64,000 bases of DNA from Podarcis gaigeae (lineage: Eukaryota). A program made the position numbers and the translations under genes. The stretch lies in assembly GCA_964106915.2 (NCBI GenBank), contig OZ066914.1, one strand, 5' to 3'. The notes under the pieces were generated by a model. It had not been told where the DNA came from. It made no database searches and worked only from the letters and a program-made list of their open reading frames with translations. This document shows positions 61,301-64,000 of the stretch, in pieces (position 1 is the stretch's first letter; each line of letters begins with the position of its first letter).

Positions 61301-63968
61301 ATGCATTTTGTAAAAAAACTGAGCAACTTTCATACTGCTTCAGACATAATTAACCTGACTATTCTCACAATTAACTTCAGGAGTAAAATATGAGACGTGT
61401 GGGGACTATGTACGCTGGCCTCAGCTCCTTGGTGGAAGGGTGGGATTAGAATGCTCATCATTATCAGAGTTGCACAGGTGGGTGGGTGGGTGGGAATAAA
61501 TGAATGGAGAATGGGTTTCCTCCACTCTCCAGTTAGATATTTATTTCCCCTGCCAACCAAAGCTGCAATTGCATAACTAAAATAAGCGTAAGATGCAAGT
61601 TACTTCCTACCCCCCATTATTTTCATCAGCCAGTATAAATAGGTTACATACAGATGTTCATCACTCTGAATGTGGTACCAAGTCATGACTCGCATGTGAG
61701 AAATGGTTATCGTGGAACAAGCATCACGGATAGAGCTTTCATATAATCAAATATCACTTCCGCCATTTGGCTTCAAATCAAGTGTCAAGCTGAATGATGT
61801 ACAAGCATATACAGTATTAATCAGTCCTGATTTTCCCTTTCGAGTATCGTTTGAATGAGATACACAAAGTGCTGATACCGTGAGTGGATTCAAGCACTAT
61901 TGAACCCACCACGCTGTGCTCTCTAGGACTTCTAGCAATTGGTAGCTACCCTACACATATGCTAGTTACAAAATGTGGGGAAGAGAATCAAAACAAGTTA
62001 GCATGCACAGTTCCAAAAGGGCAAAATGAATTTTCTTTTATATTTGTTTAAAACAAAAAGGAAGACAACAGAACTTTAAAAAGCAAGTGCAATTCTGCTG
62101 CTGGAACTTTAGACTTATTTTTAGACCCCACCCACCCCTGCTACAGCCAGTGTGTTTCTAATGCAACACAGTTTGCATTAAAAGTGTAAAGTGTTGTTGC
62201 TTCCTTGTCTATTGAACTTGGCTCAGAATAAAAAAAATTAAACTATAAAAGATTAAGACGGTTGCTTCTGTTTCTTCTTGCAGAATACAGCAGCTGTTTG
62301 AAGAAATATTGGGTAACAGCAGGCAACTGAAATGGCTGTCATGCGGGTTTATGCTACAAATCGTAACACCCACATCATTGTCATCTCTCTCAAATCCTAT
62401 TGCCAACACTATGGAACACCTGAGTTTACTGGACAACCACATCCCTGGTAATACCACTCTTATCACTGCGGTTGAATTGGAGCGTTTTGTCAGTCTTCGC
62501 TCACTCGCCTTGGATTTCTGTGATTTTACAGCAGAAATGGCAAGAGTCCTGGCTGATAGTAACCATGTGCCTTTGCATCGACTGTCTCTTCTGGTCCACA
62601 ATATTTCCGTAATGCACAAGTCCCTGGAAAATATGCCAGAAGACGAAGATTGGAAGGCACTGACACGCAACAGCACTAATCTTCGGGTCTATATAATGGC
62701 TTTTGATATCAAGAGCGATGACATGCTAAGGATTCTTAAACCCAGTATCCCACTGGAGAGGATTCACTTCGACAGCTACATCACTTGCGTTTCAGGAGCT
62801 GTTGTTGATCTCATATCTAGGCAGTATGATAAGTTCCTCACTCATTTCATACTAATGAATGATGTGATAGATATGTCTGGCTTCCCAGATCTCAGCGACA
62901 ACAGAACCGAAGACCCATTGGTTTTATTGGCCTGGAGGTGCACAAGGCTCTCTCTTCTGGCAGTGCATGGTAGGCAATTACAGAGGGGCAAAACACTGCT
63001 AGTTTAGAAACCTACACATTCATATGGGTATGGGTATGCCCTTGAGATTTCCCACTCAAGTAATTTTCTCCAGGTTTTGGGAGAACTCCCAAAGTGTTGG
63101 GTGTTGGGGCAGGGAATAAATTGTGCTCTGGCTTCAGGGTAGGATACGCTGTGCATATCAACATGATTATATGGTGGGAAACTGTTACTACTTTCAGAAC
63201 ACAAGACTCACAGTTGCCAAAAAACAACAACCCTTAATTGATAGGAAAATAACTTCCTGCACTGTTGGATGGTCCTTACTTTAGACGGCTTCCCCGTCAA
63301 AGTTGTATTACACCCGACATATTTTATGATTATTGGCTCCTTTAACACGAGCCTTTATGCTACATACATATCATGCTGCAAAACTACCAAGAAATCCCAT
63401 GAGACATTTCCTTACTCATCTGCCCGGAATTATTGGGGAAGGAAAAACAGGCAGCTCCGCAAAAATTAAATACAAAAAGAAGCAGCAGCAATATTCACTT
63501 TTTTAATTAACCGAGTAAGTAAACTGACCAATTACTAGAGTGATTTCTTGAAAAGAACCTCATTAGGAAAATTGCTAAATAGGGAGACGTTAGCTGTGAG
63601 GCTGTAAAATATTAAATTACCTTTGGGGTAGGGTGGGGAGGGAGAGGGAAGAAAGACAAAGTCCTAAAAATTAGCAATTGCTTTTTTGTGTTTCAGGTTA
63701 TACTGTTTGGGCTCACAACCTGATTGCCATTGCTCGTCTTCGTGGCTCTGATTTGAAAGTGCTTGAAGTCACAGAAGAAAGCATTGATTTTGACCAAGGT
63801 GAATTGGCTGATCAAGATGTGGATCCGGTGCACAATCTCATTGAGCAGGTATCCCTTGGATTGGGCCGACCTTGGCACGCAGTCATGGACATAGAATTAC
63901 TCAGTGTCTTTACTGAGCCAACTCGTCATTTTTACAGAGAAATGCAAAGCTTCAGTGAAGGCATTTAG
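48934..63968 (+). CDS. FBXO33: FBXO33 F-box protein 33, complete, 4 coding exons, about 535 aa
   Basis: join(48934..49472,60807..60917,62284..62969,63697..63968) = 1608 nt. N-terminus MLLFLS, F-box SLPSELVVHIFSFL..PDRLRAS..CSHWRE, C-terminus FYREMQSFSEGI*. Confidence 0.95.
54105..54622. mobile_element. hAT-superfamily non-autonomous transposon
   Basis: TIR CA(TA/GG)GGCGCCGACT; perfect 8-bp TSD TTTGTACT at 54097-54104 and 54623-54630. Confidence 0.88.
58305..58334. repeat. (CTG)n microsatellite in FBXO33 intron 1
   Basis: About 10 units. Confidence 0.92.
60807..60917 (+). CDS. FBXO33: FBXO33 exon 2 (NLQKLSLFGDISILQQHGSISNTHLSKVDPDGKKIK)
   Basis: aaatag|GAA ... GCA|gtaagt, 111 nt. Confidence 0.94.
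62284..62969 (+). CDS. FBXO33: FBXO33 exon 3
   Basis: ttgcag|AAT ... ATG|gtaggc, 686 nt; ORF 62309..63007. Confidence 0.95.
63697..63968 (+). CDS. FBXO33: FBXO33 exon 4 coding part
   Basis: tttcag|GTT ... TAG; ORF 63678..63968. Confidence 0.95.
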
Positions 63969-64000
63969 TTCTCTTTATTTACAGTTCCTGTGGTTACATA

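Noticed and set aside
62209-62676. 155-aa antisense ORF over FBXO33 exon 3 (similarly 37113..37466 over ZNF410)
   Set aside because: Shadow ORFs of real coding exons, with no independent signals.

Overview
Eukaryotic (vertebrate) genomic DNA, most likely from a squamate reptile. A lacertid lizard is inferred from the POM-type Sauria SINEs. Five protein-coding genes could be assembled exon by exon from splice sites and protein similarity: the 3' half of ENTPD5 (+), complete COQ6 (-), complete FAM161B (+, head-to-head with COQ6), complete ZNF410 (-) and complete FBXO33 (+). Introns and intergenic DNA carry Sauria and other tRNA-derived SINEs, L1/L2/CR1 fragments, Tc1/mariner, hAT and Harbinger-like MITEs, and microsatellites. 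Most ORFs in the track are spurious. Most notable observations: (1) COQ6 intron 2 appears to need a non-canonical TG 3' splice site. (2) A 54-bp fold-back hairpin in ZNF410 intron 3 appears to have been created by an L1 insertion. (3) A 299-aa SINE-L1 chimeric ORF lies in ZNF410 intron 1. (4) The ZNF410 leader has uORFs in all three frames, and its C-terminus is frameshifted relative to mammals. (5) ENTPD5 has a GC-AG intron. (6) ZNF410 is adjacent to FBXO33, unlike in human. I found no convincing wholly novel multi-gene system. Orthologue comparisons are from recall, not from searches.
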